The position numbers and the translations under genes were made by a program. A stretch of DNA of 64,000 nt. Source: an uncultured Spirochaetota bacterium (GTDB lineage Bacteria; Spirochaetota; Spirochaetia; SZUA-6; Fen-1364). Below, one piece after another: positions 20,106 to 30,971 of the stretch. Below the pieces are notes generated by a model. That model was not told where the DNA came from. It ran no database searches and worked only from the letters and a program-made list of their open reading frames with translations. Each line of letters begins with the position of its first letter. Position 1 is the stretch's first letter. The stretch lies in NCBI GenBank assembly GCA_963781885.1, contig CAWAHW010000002.1:1440001-1504000 (forward strand), read 5' to 3'.

Positions 20106-22638
20106 CCCGGCTTCCCTCCAGCTTCTTGGCGAGCTCCCGGGTCTCGTATGCCTCTATCGTGTCCCCGACCTTGATGTCGTGGAATCCATCCAGACCGATG
20201 CCGCACTCGAATCCCTCTTCCACTTCCCGCACGTCGTCCTTGAAACGCTTCAGGGAGTTGATCTTTCCCTTGAAGATCTCCACACCGTCGCGGATGAGGT
20301 GCACGTCCGCATTGCGGCGCACCTTTCCCGTGATGACCTGGCAGCCGGCGATGGTGCCGATCTTCGGTATCTTGAAGGTGTTGCGCACCTCCACGGTGCC
20401 CGTCTGCTCTTCCCGCAGCTCGGGCTTCAGGAGCCCTTCCATGGCGGAGCGGATGTCCTCCAGCGCGTCGTAGATGATGTTGTACTTGCGGATGTCCACC
20501 TTCTCCCGGTCGGCGAGGCTCTGCGCCGCGGAGCTCGGACGGACATGGAACCCCACGATGATGGCATTCGACGTGGAGGCAAGAAGCACGTCTCCCTCGT
20601 TGATGGCCCCCGCGGCGGAGTGGATGACCTCCAGCTTCACTTCCGAGGTTGACAGCTTCTGGAGCGACGTCTTCAGCGCTTCCACCGATCCGGCAACGTC
20701 CGCCTTGATGATGACGTTCAAGCCCTGGATCTGCCCTTCCTTGATCTGCTCGTAGAGGTTGTCGAGCGTGACTTTCTTCACGCTCTTCATCTCCTCCTGC
20801 TTGCGCAGCTCCTGGCGCTTGCTGCCGATGTTGCGCGCGGTGGACTCCGAATCCGTGACCTGGAACGGGTCGCCGGCGTTCGGGATGCTCCCGAATCCGA
20901 TCACCTCCACCGGCAGGGACGGCGTGGCTTCCGGCACCTTCTCACCGCGATCGTTGAATATCGCGCGCACCTTGCCCGAGTAGATGCCGGCGACGAAGGA
21001 GTCGCCCGGGCTCAGGGTGCCTTTCTGGAGGATGACGGTGGCCACGATGCCGCGGCCCATGTCCACACGGGACTCCAGCACGATGCCGGACGCCCGGGCC
21101 TTTCGGCTGGCCTTCAGCTCCAGCACCTCGGACTGCAGCAGGATGCTCTCCAGCAGCTCCTTGATGCCCGTTTTTTTCAGGGCCGAAACCTCGTTGTAGA
21201 TCGTCGTGCCGCCCCATTCCTCAGGCGTGAGCCCCTGCTCCGAGAGCTGGCGCTTGACAAGCTCGACATTCGCTTCCGCGAGGTCGACCTTGTTCACCGC
21301 CACGATGATGGGCACGTCCGCCTGCTTGGCGTGGTTGATCGCCTCAATTGTCTGCGGCATGACGCCGTCCACGGCGGATACCACGAGCACGACGATGTCG
21401 GTGACCTGCGCGCCGCGCGCGCGCATCATGGTGAACGCCTCATGGCCCGGGGTGTCCAGAAACACGACGCGTCCCTGGGAAACGCCGTCCCCCGTCACCG
21501 AGGGAAGGTCGACGCAGTAGGCGCCGATATGCTGCGTGATGCCGCCGTATTCACCCTCCGCGACGTTCGCGCTGCGGATGGCATCCAGAAGCTTCGTCTT
21601 GCCATGGTCGACGTGGCCCATGATCGTGACGATGGGCGGCCGCGGCTCCAGGTCCTCCGCCTCTTCCTTGTCTTCCTCGATGACCGTCTCGTCATAGAGG
21701 GAGACGACGTTCACCTTGCAGTCGTATTCAGCGGCGAGCAGCGACGCGGTATCCGAGTCGATCTGCTGGTTGATCGTCACCATCATGCCCATTGCGATGA
21801 GCTTGTGGATGAGATCCGATCCCTTCAGATTCATCTTCTTGGCCAGGTCGGACACGGTGATCCCCTCGGTGATGGCGATCTCCTTGGGCACCGGGTTGGC
21901 CATGATGACGGTCTTTTTCTTTACTTGCAGGTACTTCTCTTCGGGCTGATCGTGCTTCCTCTTGGGATATTCGATCTTCCGCTTTGCCTTGGAGAAGAAC
22001 TTTTTTGCCGGTGGTTTCTTCTCATCCGAGCCGGAGGAGGGCCCCGACGAGCCGGGGCGCGAAGGGGGGCGCATGCCGCCCGAGCGCGGAGGTCCATAGC
22101 CGCCCGATCCCGACCGACCCGAAGGAGCGGACGGCCGCGTGGCGCCGGCAGGACGCGGAGGAAGCGGTGTAAGGCGCATCTTCTCGCGAACGGATTCCCG
22201 CACCGACGGACGGACGTCGGGCCGCCTGTCTTGTGGAATGAAACGAGGCCTCTCTGCTTCTTTGTGCGCCGCAGGAGCATCCGGGGCGGCAGGCGCCACC
22301 GGAGAATGCGCGGCGGCAGCCGCCGGGCGCACGACGTGGGTCGCATGGTGGGGAGCCGTTTCCGCGGCTGCAGGGGCCGGCGTGGGCGCATGGGCCTTCG
22401 GGGCAGGAGCGGCCGGGGAGACAGGCTCGGCGTGCGGTGTTGCGACAACCACCTTCGGGGCGGATTTCTTCACCGGCACGACGACCTTTTTCTTCACCAC
22501 CACCACTTTCTTCTTCTCAGCGGCGGCAACCGGAGGCGGAACGGTCTCTTCCACGACGACCGGGGTCTCCTCCTCCCCCTTCTTGTGCTTGATAAGGGTT
22601 GTCTTGAGCTTTTTTTTGCTGTCCAATTCCTCGGCCAT
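20077..22638 (-). CDS. infB: Translation initiation factor IF-2
   Basis: [20 protein letters not shown]; low-complexity N-terminus. Confidence 0.97.
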   Translation of the reverse strand: MAEELDSKKKLKTTLIKHKKGEEETPVVVEETVPPPVAAAEKKKVVVVKKKVVVPVKKSAPKVVVATPHAEPVSPAAPAPKAHAPTPAPAAAETAPHHATHVVRPAAAAAHSPVAPAAPDAPAAHKEAERPRFIPQDRRPDVRPSVRESVREKMRLTPLPPRPAGATRPSAPSGRSGSGGYGPPRSGGMRPPSRPGSSGPSSGSDEKKPPAKKFFSKAKRKIEYPKRKHDQPEEKYLQVKKKTVIMANPVPKEIAITEGITVSDLAKKMNLKGSDLIHKLIAMGMMVTINQQIDSDTASLLAAEYDCKVNVVSLYDETVIEEDKEEAEDLEPRPPIVTIMGHVDHGKTKLLDAIRSANVAEGEYGGITQHIGAYCVDLPSVTGDGVSQGRVVFLDTPGHEAFTMMRARGAQVTDIVVLVVSAVDGVMPQTIEAINHAKQADVPIIVAVNKVDLAEANVELVKRQLSEQGLTPEEWGGTTIYNEVSALKKTGIKELLESILLQSEVLELKASRKARASGIVLESRVDMGRGIVATVILQKGTLSPGDSFVAGIYSGKVRAIFNDRGEKVPEATPSLPVEVIGFGSIPNAGDPFQVTDSESTARNIGSKRQELRKQEEMKSVKKVTLDNLYEQIKEGQIQGLNVIIKADVAGSVEALKTSLQKLSTSEVKLEVIHSAAGAINEGDVLLASTSNAIIVGFHVRPSSAAQSLADREKVDIRKYNIIYDALEDIRSAMEGLLKPELREEQTGTVEVRNTFKIPKIGTIAGCQVITGKVRRNADVHLIRDGVEIFKGKINSLKRFKDDVREVEEGFECGIGLDGFHDIKVGDTIEAYETRELAKKLEGSRDAGNKAAAN

Positions 22639-22648
22639 ACCTATTCTC

Positions 22649-24235
22649 TTACTCTCCCTGCGCAGCTCCACCCGCCCCCGCCGGTCCGGGCGTGGTGTCT
22701 GGCGGCGCGTCTTCCGCGCTTTCCTCGAAGGTTAAACCGACTCCGCACTTTGGACAAGTAGCCATGTCCGGTGTGACGGCCGTTCCGCACTCGGGGCACT
22801 CGTAGGTATCTTCCCCGGCTGCCTCGCCTTCCGGCTCGGCTGTCGGCGTCGCGGGCTGCTGGTCCTGCGCCGCGGGAGCTGCCGTTTCCGCCTCGGCTTC
22901 CTCTTCCTCCTCCGCCTGCTCCACGGCTGCCGGCTCCTCCTCCACGATCTCGACGTTCTCCTCGATGATCTTGTGCAGGGTCAGGATGTCTTCCGCCGTG
23001 ATTCCTTCGAGACCGGCGAGCTGCTCGGGGCTGAGGGCCACGAGCGCCTCTATATCGCTGATGTTGTCCTTTTCCAGGATCTCCACGAGGTGCGGCGTGA
23101 TGCCCGGCAGCTCCGAAATCTTCTGGATCTCCTCCTCAGGCTCGCCGAAGAGCGCGGACACCGCCCGCTTTGCCTCGGCCGAGATATCCATCTCGGAGAA
23201 CTGGCTCTCCGTCTTCACGTCGATGTTCCAGTCGGTGAGCCGATTGGCAAGACGGACGTTGAGCCCCTGCTTTCCGATGGCCAGGGAGAAGGAGGCATCA
23301 GGCACGATGGCGAGGGCGAGCTTCTTCGATTCGTCGAGGATGATGACCTGGTTCACCTCCGCCGGCGACAGGGCGTTCTTGATGAAGCTGCGGGAATCCA
23401 GCGAATAGCGCAGGATGTCGATCTTTTCCCCTTCCAGCTCGCGGACGACGGCCTGGATGCGCACGCCCTTCAGGCCCACGCACGCGCCGACCGGATCCAC
23501 GTCCTCCCGGGTGGAGCGCACCGCGATCTTCGTGCGGTAGCCGGGCTCGCGCACGATCTTCATGATCTCTATCGTCTTGTCGTAGATCTCGGGGACTTCC
23601 AGCTCGAAGATCTTCTTCACGAACTCGGCATGGTTGCGCGAAAGCACGATCTGCAGACCCGTAGGGGTCTTCACGACCTCGAATATCAGCGCCTTGATCC
23701 TGTCATTGGGATGATAGATCTCGCGCGGGGACTGGTACTTCTTGGGCAGTATTCCCTCGGTCTTTCCAAGGTCGACGTAGATGTTCCCGTTGCGCTCGCG
23801 CTGGTAGTAGCCGATGATCATCTCACCGACCTTGTCCTTGTACTCGGAATACAACGTGTCCTTCTGGATCTCCCGCAGGCTCTGGCGCGCTTTCTGCTTC
23901 GCGCTCTGCACGGAGACCCGGTCGAACTCCTTGGGATTGATCTCGATGAGGAGCTCGTCCCCGACCTCGCAGTCCTCGTTCATTTCGAGGGCTTCGGAGA
24001 GCGGGATCTCGTAGACGGTGTCGTCCAGGTCGTCATCCGGCACGATCTTCTTCTTCGCGAAGAGGGTGACCTCCATCGAATCGTCGCTGAAACGGACCAC
24101 GGCATTGTCCACGACCCCGTACTTCTTCTTGTACGCGGCGAGGAGAAAGTTCTCGATGGTGCTCATGACGAGGTCCTCGGGGATGCCCCGCTCCTGCACC
24201 AGTTGCTTGATGGCCTGCGAGAGTTCAGACTGCAT
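22649..24235 (-). CDS. nusA: Transcription factor NusA with acidic tail and C-terminal zinc ribbon
   Basis: REPGYRTKIAV, DPVGACVG, LAIGKQGLNVRLA; CPECG..CPKCG at C-terminus. Confidence 0.95.
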   Translation of the reverse strand: MQSELSQAIKQLVQERGIPEDLVMSTIENFLLAAYKKKYGVVDNAVVRFSDDSMEVTLFAKKKIVPDDDLDDTVYEIPLSEALEMNEDCEVGDELLIEINPKEFDRVSVQSAKQKARQSLREIQKDTLYSEYKDKVGEMIIGYYQRERNGNIYVDLGKTEGILPKKYQSPREIYHPNDRIKALIFEVVKTPTGLQIVLSRNHAEFVKKIFELEVPEIYDKTIEIMKIVREPGYRTKIAVRSTREDVDPVGACVGLKGVRIQAVVRELEGEKIDILRYSLDSRSFIKNALSPAEVNQVIILDESKKLALAIVPDASFSLAIGKQGLNVRLANRLTDWNIDVKTESQFSEMDISAEAKRAVSALFGEPEEEIQKISELPGITPHLVEILEKDNISDIEALVALSPEQLAGLEGITAEDILTLHKIIEENVEIVEEEPAAVEQAEEEEEAEAETAAPAAQDQQPATPTAEPEGEAAGEDTYECPECGTAVTPDMATCPKCGVGLTFEESAEDAPPDTTPGPAGAGGAAQGE

Positions 24236-24704
24236 TTTTTTCTTCCTCAACCTCCACGGCATGATCCAGTCGCGCCTTGCGGATGCCGCTCAGCGCGAAC
24301 CCACGTCTCTCCCTGCCCTTGCGGAGCCAGAGCGTGTCCCCTTCGACACGGTCGATGATCCCGCACTGCCACTCCGTCTCCGTTCCCGCGAGCAGGCGCA
24401 CGCCGCGCCCGGCAAAGATGCCATACTCCGCGGGGCTGCGGATGCTTCGCTCGATGCCCGGCGAGCTCACCTCCAGGGTCACCCCGGAGGGGAGCTGCTC
24501 GATCGTTTCCAGCCGCGGAAGGATCATCCCGGACACCTCCGCGCAGTCGTCCACGCCCACGCCCGCCGCGCGATAGATGACCACGGAGACGTGGGACACG
24601 CCTTTGCGCCGGCCGACGGCAAGCTCCACGAGCGCGTAGCCCATGCCGTCGAGCACGGGGACGATCGTGTCGTGGATATCCTGCTGGAGACGATCGGAAT
24701 ACAC
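24225..24704 (-). CDS. rimP: Ribosome maturation factor RimP
   Basis: VDDCAEVS, LEVSSPGIER; GTG start after GGAGG; upstream of nusA. Confidence 0.9.
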   Translation of the reverse strand: MYSDRLQQDIHDTIVPVLDGMGYALVELAVGRRKGVSHVSVVIYRAAGVGVDDCAEVSGMILPRLETIEQLPSGVTLEVSSPGIERSIRSPAEYGIFAGRGVRLLAGTETEWQCGIIDRVEGDTLWLRKGRERRGFALSGIRKARLDHAVEVEEEKNAV

Positions 24705-24779
24705 ACCCTCCGCCTTTGGCCCGGTTGCCAGGGGCACGGATAATAAAAAAAGAGTCTTGGCCCGACTCTTTCTTCTACA

Positions 24780-24808
24780 AACATAAACCAATACGCGCCA
24801 CTTGTCAA
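24780..24808 (-). promoter_or_regulatory. sigma70-type promoter for rimP-nusA-infB operon
   Basis: TTGACA-17-TATGTT on minus strand. Confidence 0.6.
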
Positions 24809-24837
24809 TCGAGGCGGGCACGCCCCTATAATCCCGC

Positions 24838-26094
24838 GTGAAGAAGACGCCTGCGCCGCAAGGTCCTCCCGCCCTGGATCCGCTTGTCGAATCCTCTACA
24901 AACAAGATCGTCATATTTCGCTTCATGGGAAAGGAGCTTTCGTTCCGCCTCTCCCACGCGTTGTTCAGCAGTTTCGACGTCGACGAGGGAACCCGCCTGC
25001 TCCTGAAGACCGTCGCCCAGAGAGTCGACCTCGGACGGGTCCATACCGCGGCCGACATCGGCTGCGGCGTCGGCGTCATTGGCGCCTGCCTGCGCGCCGT
25101 GTCTCCCGGGTGCGAGGTCCTTCTGCAAGATCGTGACGCGCTGGCGGTCGCATTTGCCCGGGAAAACTGGCAGGCGAATCGTCTCGGTGCCGCACACGTG
25201 GATTGCGGTCTTGCCTTCTGGCGCCAGCGGGACCGGGCATTCGACCTTGTCGTGTCGAATCTGCCGGCAAAGGCTGGCAGGCCCGTGCTCGAATCGTTTT
25301 TCCGCCAGGCCGTGCGCTGCCTTACGCCGGGCGGAACCATCGCCATCGTGATCGTGGCGACTTTGGCGGACCTCGCGAGGTCCGCGGTCGATCGCATGGG
25401 ATGCACGGTCCGCCACGCAGAAAGCACCCGCGACTATTGCGTGCTGCACGTCGCAAAAGGCGATGCAGAGCCGGCCCCCGCCGTGCCCGATGACATCGGA
25501 CCCTATATCAGGGCCAAAAATCGGTTCACGCACGCGGGAACCTCGTACGAGCTGGAAACGGCATATTCCCTGCCCGACTTCGACACGATCGGCTACGGCC
25601 TGGCGCTCCAGATGGATCTTCTTTCCGACATCGCCGGCGGCATAAAGATGCTCATATGGAACCCCGGCCAGGGTCATCTTCCCGTGTGGCTTTCAAAACG
25701 CCGAAGCCCGCCGCAGGAGATCTCTATTGCCGCGCGGGACTGCCTGGAATGCGAGATAACGTCAAGAAACATGACGACCCAGGGCCGTTCTCCCGTCGTC
25801 GCCGCGGCCATCCCCGCCGAGCCGACCCTTGCAGGGGCATTTCCCCCGGCAAGCTTCGACCTGATATGCGCCGCCCCGCACCCCGTTCCCCGGGCTCCGT
25901 GGTACGGCGGCTTGTTGGCGTCTGTTCTGCCGTTGCTGAGCCCCGACGGGAGGCTCTGCCTCACCGCGCCAAGCACGGAAATACACCGGTTTCTCGAGCA
26001 GGTAAAAGGGATCGAGGTGCTTTCCAGCCTGAAGCATCGCCGGCTTTCGCGCCGTCATGCTCGCACGCCGCTGAAGGCCGCTACTCCTCGATGA
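24838..26094 (+). CDS. Class I SAM methyltransferase (RsmC/MTS-like, tandem Rossmann); 3' end may be extended by an indel at ~26040
   Basis: FSSFDVDEGTRLLL, DIGCGVG, DLVVSNLPAK. Confidence 0.8.
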   Translation: MKKTPAPQGPPALDPLVESSTNKIVIFRFMGKELSFRLSHALFSSFDVDEGTRLLLKTVAQRVDLGRVHTAADIGCGVGVIGACLRAVSPGCEVLLQDRDALAVAFARENWQANRLGAAHVDCGLAFWRQRDRAFDLVVSNLPAKAGRPVLESFFRQAVRCLTPGGTIAIVIVATLADLARSAVDRMGCTVRHAESTRDYCVLHVAKGDAEPAPAVPDDIGPYIRAKNRFTHAGTSYELETAYSLPDFDTIGYGLALQMDLLSDIAGGIKMLIWNPGQGHLPVWLSKRRSPPQEISIAARDCLECEITSRNMTTQGRSPVVAAAIPAEPTLAGAFPPASFDLICAAPHPVPRAPWYGGLLASVLPLLSPDGRLCLTAPSTEIHRFLEQVKGIEVLSSLKHRRLSRRHARTPLKAATPR

Positions 26095-26797
26095 CGAGCG
26101 TGAGGGAGTAGACCCGCGTGCACCCCGCGGCGCGCAGGACCCGGCCGCAGGCATCGAGCGTGGCTCCCGTCGTGAAAACGTCATCCACCAACAGGAGCTC
26201 ATCCGGCACGGCGCGCCCGGCGCAGCGGGCGGAAAGATGGATACGCTGCTTCAGGTTTTCCTGGCGCTCGGCAAAGTTTAGAGACTTCTGAGGAGCCCCG
26301 CCGCGCCTCTCCAAGAGCGGGGCCACGCTCATCCCGTGATTGCGCTGGAGGCAGGCCGTCACCTGGGCGACAATGCCTCCCGCGCCTGCGCGGTTTCGCG
26401 ACGGAACAGGTACGATCGGGAAGAGCCTCTCCGCGCGGCTCAGCGCCGACCATGCAAGATCCGCGAACCACGGCGCAAGCCTTCGTCGTGCGCTGAATTT
26501 CAGACTCCGCAGCAGGGTCCTTGCCGCCGCGGCATGGGGAAACAGGGCGATATTGGATTCGAAAGAGTAGTCCGTGTCCCGACACCGCGTGCAGGTGCCC
26601 TGCTCCACGACGAGGCGCAGCCCGCAGCGCGCGCAGACGGGGTCTTGCGGAATGGTGATTCCCGCCCTGCACCGGGCGCAGAGCGGAACCCGGTGATCGC
26701 TTTGCAGGAGCAGCCATTCGCCGCACAGCAGGCATCGACCAGGGAAGACAGTTTCAAGAAGCATCATGCCGGCGTCGCGGGCCCGCGAGAGCTTCAT
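26081..26797 (-). CDS. comF: ComF-family amidophosphoribosyltransferase-like protein
   Basis: Double zinc ribbon N-terminus; LLVDDVFTTGATL. Confidence 0.88.
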   Translation of the reverse strand: MKLSRARDAGMMLLETVFPGRCLLCGEWLLLQSDHRVPLCARCRAGITIPQDPVCARCGLRLVVEQGTCTRCRDTDYSFESNIALFPHAAAARTLLRSLKFSARRRLAPWFADLAWSALSRAERLFPIVPVPSRNRAGAGGIVAQVTACLQRNHGMSVAPLLERRGGAPQKSLNFAERQENLKQRIHLSARCAGRAVPDELLLVDDVFTTGATLDACGRVLRAAGCTRVYSLTLVIEE

Positions 26798-29427
26798 TTC
26801 CGCGCGTCCCCGTCGGCAAGCTCCTTCTTCCAGCGGGCGATCAGCGTAAGCGCCTCCAGCGGCGTCAGCCTGTCGGGCTGCACCCCCTTTATCTCGCGGA
26901 CGATCAGCTCCTCGGCGGGAAAGAGCTGCGGCTGGGGGGACGGCTTTACGGAATCCCGCGCGGCGCGCGAAAAGGCGTCCGCGTTCCCGTCTGCTGCCCC
27001 GGGCTCGGCGTTCAGCTTTGCAAGCATCGTCTCGGCCAGGCGCAGCGTCTCTCCCGGGACTCCCGCGAGACGTGCCACGTGGATGCCGTAGGAGTTGCTG
27101 GAAGGGCCCGGCCGCACGCGCTTCAGGAAAACGACCCGACCGTCCGTGTCATGCACCTCCATGGAGAGGTTGGCGGCGTTGGGATGATCCAGATGCGTGA
27201 GCTCGTGAAAATGCGTGGCAAAGAGCGTGCGGGCGCGGATGTGCGTGAGGATGGACATGCAGACCGCCCAGGCGATTGCAAGACCATCCCGCGTGCTCGT
27301 GCCGCGTCCGATTTCGTCCATGATGATGAGGCTGCGCGTCGTGGCGGCGCGCAGGATGTGCGCCGTTTCGTTCATCTCCACGAGGAATGTCGATTCGCCC
27401 CGCGCAAGGTTGTCGGTCGCCCCGACGCGGCAGAAGACGCGGTCCACGATGCCGATGGTCGCGCGCGCGGCCGGAACGAACGAGCCCATCTGCGCCATGA
27501 GGGAGATCAGCGCCACCTGCCGCAGGTACGTGGACTTTCCCGCCATGTTCGGCCCCGTGAGAAGCACGAAGAATTTTCCCGTGCCGGGGCAGTCCAGGCT
27601 GTTGGGCACGAACGCCCCGCCGGGCAGATTCGCCTCCACGACCGGGTGCCGTCCCTCTTCGATCGAAAGCTCCGTGCCGTCCGTCATGTGCGGCCGGACA
27701 TAGCCGTGCACGGTGGCGGCGAATGAAAGAGCCTGGAGCACGTCCAACTCCGCAATCGCATTGCAAACCGCCTGGAGCCATGGCACGGCGTCGCGCACTT
27801 TCGCCCTGACCTCCAGGAAGAGCGTGCGCTCGATGTCGACGATGCGCTCCGATGCATCGTTGATCTCCGATTCAAGATCGGCCAGCCGGTCCGTGGTGTA
27901 GCGCTCGCCGCCCACCAGCGACTGGCGCCGGATGAAGCGCGCCGGCACGTGCGCCAGGTACGATTTCGTCACCTCGAAGTAGTAGCCGATGATCCTGTTG
28001 TAGCGCAGCTTCAGCGACCCGATGCCGGTCGCGGCGCGCTCCTCCGCCAGGTACTTCTCCAATATGTCGCGCGCATTGTCCTTCAGCGCATGCAGACGGT
28101 CGAGCGCCTCATCGTAGCCGCGGCGGATGAGATTCCCTTCCGTGAGGAGTATCGAAGGCTCGTCGCAGATCGCGCGCTCCAGGAGCCCGGTGATCTCCGC
28201 GATGTCGGCGGCGCGGGCGGACAGCGGGTCGAGCATCCCCGCAAGACGGCCGCGAATGCCCGCGCCGGCCTTGCCCTCGAAAAGACGGGCAAGCGAGCTC
28301 GCCGCCGCGAGAGTGGACTTTATCGACAGCAGGTCCTTGGCGTGCGCGCGCTCCATGGCGACACGCGCAATGAGCCGCTCCAGGTCGAGCACGCTTCCCA
28401 GACATTCCCGCAGCCGCGACAGAAGTATCTGCTCGCCGTGCAGCGCGGCAACGGCGTCGAGTCTTCGGTCTATGGCGGCCGCATCGAGCAGCGGAGTCAG
28501 CATCCACCGGCGCAGCCGGCGCGCGCCGGGGGAGGTGCGCGTGTGATCCAGCACGGAGAGAAGCGTGTATTTCGTGCTCCCGTCCTGCAGATTCGCAAGC
28601 AGCTCGAGATTCCGCTGGGTCGCCTCGTCCAGCTCGACGAAGCTGCGGTCCGCATAGACCTCGATGCTCGTGACGTGTTGCAGGGCGCGGCGTGAAGTCT
28701 GGCCCAGGTATTCCAGCAGGACGCCGGCGGCAACGACCTCGGGGGAATCGTCGGTGAGACCGAAGCCCTTGAGGCTCGCGACCCCGAGCTGACGGAGGAG
28801 CCGCTCTTTGCAGGCGGAAGGGTCGAAGCTCCAGTCGGGGTAGCGGTTGACCAGGAGTCCCGCGCGCTCGCCGAGAAGCCCGCGTATCACGGGGTCGTCA
28901 ACCAGCAGGGATTCCTGCGTGAGGGCTTCACGCGGATCCAGCCGGTGCAGCTCCCGCTTCATCATCTCACCCCGCTCCTCGTAGGGGAATGAGGTCGCGG
29001 CAAGCTCGCCGGTCGAGACGTCGGCGTAGGCAAGACCGATCGCCTGCCCCACCCTGCCTACTGCGACGAGATAGTTGTTCGCCGTCCGCGAGAGATAGGT
29101 GTCGTCCAGTACCGTGCCGGGCGTGATCACTTCCACGATCTCGCGGCTCATCAGGCCCTTGCCCGGCGGGGTCGTCTGCTCGCAGACGGCCACCTTCCGC
29201 CCTGCGGCGAGGAGCCGCGTGATGTAGGACGGCGCGGCGTGGTAGGGGATGCCGCACATCGGCACGCCGGCCCTCTGCGTGAGGGTGAGATCGAGGATCG
29301 ACGACGCCTCCCGCGCGTCCGCTTCGAACATCTCGTAGAAATCCCCCAACCGGAAAAAGAGTATCGATTCGCCGACCTCGCTTTTCACGCGCCGATATTG
29401 CGCCATCAGGGGGGTTGTTTCGGCCAT
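26794..29427 (-). CDS. mutS: DNA mismatch repair protein MutS
   Basis: TPLMAQY, RLGDFYEMF, TGPNMAGKST, DEIGRGTS, ATHFHEL. Confidence 0.97.
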   Translation of the reverse strand: MAETTPLMAQYRRVKSEVGESILFFRLGDFYEMFEADAREASSILDLTLTQRAGVPMCGIPYHAAPSYITRLLAAGRKVAVCEQTTPPGKGLMSREIVEVITPGTVLDDTYLSRTANNYLVAVGRVGQAIGLAYADVSTGELAATSFPYEERGEMMKRELHRLDPREALTQESLLVDDPVIRGLLGERAGLLVNRYPDWSFDPSACKERLLRQLGVASLKGFGLTDDSPEVVAAGVLLEYLGQTSRRALQHVTSIEVYADRSFVELDEATQRNLELLANLQDGSTKYTLLSVLDHTRTSPGARRLRRWMLTPLLDAAAIDRRLDAVAALHGEQILLSRLRECLGSVLDLERLIARVAMERAHAKDLLSIKSTLAAASSLARLFEGKAGAGIRGRLAGMLDPLSARAADIAEITGLLERAICDEPSILLTEGNLIRRGYDEALDRLHALKDNARDILEKYLAEERAATGIGSLKLRYNRIIGYYFEVTKSYLAHVPARFIRRQSLVGGERYTTDRLADLESEINDASERIVDIERTLFLEVRAKVRDAVPWLQAVCNAIAELDVLQALSFAATVHGYVRPHMTDGTELSIEEGRHPVVEANLPGGAFVPNSLDCPGTGKFFVLLTGPNMAGKSTYLRQVALISLMAQMGSFVPAARATIGIVDRVFCRVGATDNLARGESTFLVEMNETAHILRAATTRSLIIMDEIGRGTSTRDGLAIAWAVCMSILTHIRARTLFATHFHELTHLDHPNAANLSMEVHDTDGRVVFLKRVRPGPSSNSYGIHVARLAGVPGETLRLAETMLAKLNAEPGAADGNADAFSRAARDSVKPSPQPQLFPAEELIVREIKGVQPDRLTPLEALTLIARWKKELADGDARK

Positions 29428-29452
29428 GGGAGGGGAATTATAGTATGCCGTT

Positions 29453-29977
29453 ATGCCGGTGGGCAACACGCACGACGCGCTGCTCGTGGGGAAGGACGAG
29501 CGGGGCTATTTCCTGCAGGCCGTGGGCGCCATCCGGGCCACGCAGTGTTACCCGCTGCGGGAAACCCTGCTTTCGCGCCTGGAGGAGCCATCCGGCATTC
29601 CCGCCATTTTCGTCGATCTCTCCCGCTGCACCTACATGGATTCCACCTTCATCGGTCTTCTCGTTGCGATGGACAAGCGCCTGCAGAAAGGGTCCGGCGG
29701 ACGCCTCCATGTCCTTCGTTCCAGCGAGGAATGCCTCGAGCTCCTGCGCCAGATCGGGCTGGTGGATTTTCTGCTGATCGAGGATACGAACGTGGCGCCG
29801 CCGGACAGGATGGAGGAGGTGGACTCCGACTCCCTCAAGCCCGGCGCGGAGTTTGTCCTGCGTGCCCATGAGGCGCTCATGGAGACCTCGGAGGAGGCGC
29901 GCAAGAAGTTCGGCCTCCTGAAGGAAATGCTGGAGCGCAAGCTCAAGTCCGAGAAGCCCCCTCGAGATAATCCCTGA
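29453..29977 (+). CDS. STAS (anti-anti-sigma-like) domain protein with C-terminal extension
   Basis: DLSRCTYMDSTFIGLL phosphoserine motif. Confidence 0.85.
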   Translation: MPVGNTHDALLVGKDERGYFLQAVGAIRATQCYPLRETLLSRLEEPSGIPAIFVDLSRCTYMDSTFIGLLVAMDKRLQKGSGGRLHVLRSSEECLELLRQIGLVDFLLIEDTNVAPPDRMEEVDSDSLKPGAEFVLRAHEALMETSEEARKKFGLLKEMLERKLKSEKPPRDNP

Positions 29978-30401
29978 GGGTGAGCGATGCCGCGATGGCA
30001 TCGACCTTTTCTTTTGCGTTCCGCCTCGTCTTTCCCGTCTTTCGCAGCGCATCTTCCGCGTCGCGGCTGCTCCAGCTCTCATCGTGCAGCACGGAGGGAA
30101 TGCCCGCCCGGAGAAGCGCGGCGGCAACGCGTCGTGAGCGCGCGCATCCCGGTCCTTCGCTTCCGTCCGCGCTCAGGGGCAGGCCGATCACGACGAGGCT
30201 CACCTCGCGATCGCGGCACAGGCCGGCAAGAGTGACCGCGAGCTCGCTTTCCGAGCGCATCGGAATGGTCTGGAGGGGGGAGCTTATCGTGCGCAGCGGG
30301 TCGCTCAGCGCGAGTCCGACGCGTCGGGTGCCCAGGTCGACACCCAGGACCCGGCCGGGGATGCGCCCGGGTTCTCTGTCGGGTGTCAGCTCCTCCGGCA
30401 T
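29943..30401 (-). CDS. ruvX: YqgF/RuvX pre-16S rRNA nuclease
   Basis: LGVDLGTRRVGLALSD, VIGLP, DESWSS, VDAIAA. Confidence 0.92.
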   Translation of the reverse strand: MPEELTPDREPGRIPGRVLGVDLGTRRVGLALSDPLRTISSPLQTIPMRSESELAVTLAGLCRDREVSLVVIGLPLSADGSEGPGCARSRRVAAALLRAGIPSVLHDESWSSRDAEDALRKTGKTRRNAKEKVDAIAASLTLRDYLEGASRT

Positions 30402-30403
30402 GG

Positions 30404-30958
30404 CTAGTTGCCGGACGAGCCTTTGCCCTGCCGGCTCTGTATCTCGGCGATCACGTCGTCGGTGATGTCGATCTCGGGGATCTTGAAAAGGATCACCCCT
30501 TTCATCGCATCGGCGTCGGACCGCATCACGAGCGCGAATCCGTCCTGCTCGGAGATGAACTGCACGACGTCGAGTATCTCCGCAAGGACAGGGCCGGTCT
30601 GCAGCGTGCTGTACTGCTGCTGGAGAATGGATCCCTTGATCGTGCGGAAGGTCGTGAGGTCCTTCTGCTTGTCGCCGATGCTCTTTTCCAGCGTCAGGGA
30701 GAGCGTCGTGTTGTTCGCCTTGTCCGCGTCGAGCTTCTGGCTCTGCAGGTCGGTGATTTCCTTTGTCCGCGCCGCGATCTCTTTCGCGTAGTCGCTCTGC
30801 GCGGCGTCATAGTCGCGGTACGCCTTTGTATCCTTGTAGGCCGTGAGCAGCACCTTCTGGAAATCGATGATGCCGACCTTCGTCACCTGCTGGGTCTGTG
30901 CCGCAAGAGGCAGGGCGGAGAGACTGAGCGCTGCAAGCAGAACGGCGAGTCTTTTCAC
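30404..30958 (-). CDS. skp: OmpH/Skp periplasmic chaperone
   Basis: Signal peptide, KVGIIDFQKV, DITDDVI; downstream of bamA; AAGGAGG RBS. Confidence 0.85.
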   Translation of the reverse strand: MKRLAVLLAALSLSALPLAAQTQQVTKVGIIDFQKVLLTAYKDTKAYRDYDAAQSDYAKEIAARTKEITDLQSQKLDADKANNTTLSLTLEKSIGDKQKDLTTFRTIKGSILQQQYSTLQTGPVLAEILDVVQFISEQDGFALVMRSDADAMKGVILFKIPEIDITDDVIAEIQSRQGKGSSGN

Positions 30959-30971
30959 GGCCACCACCTCC

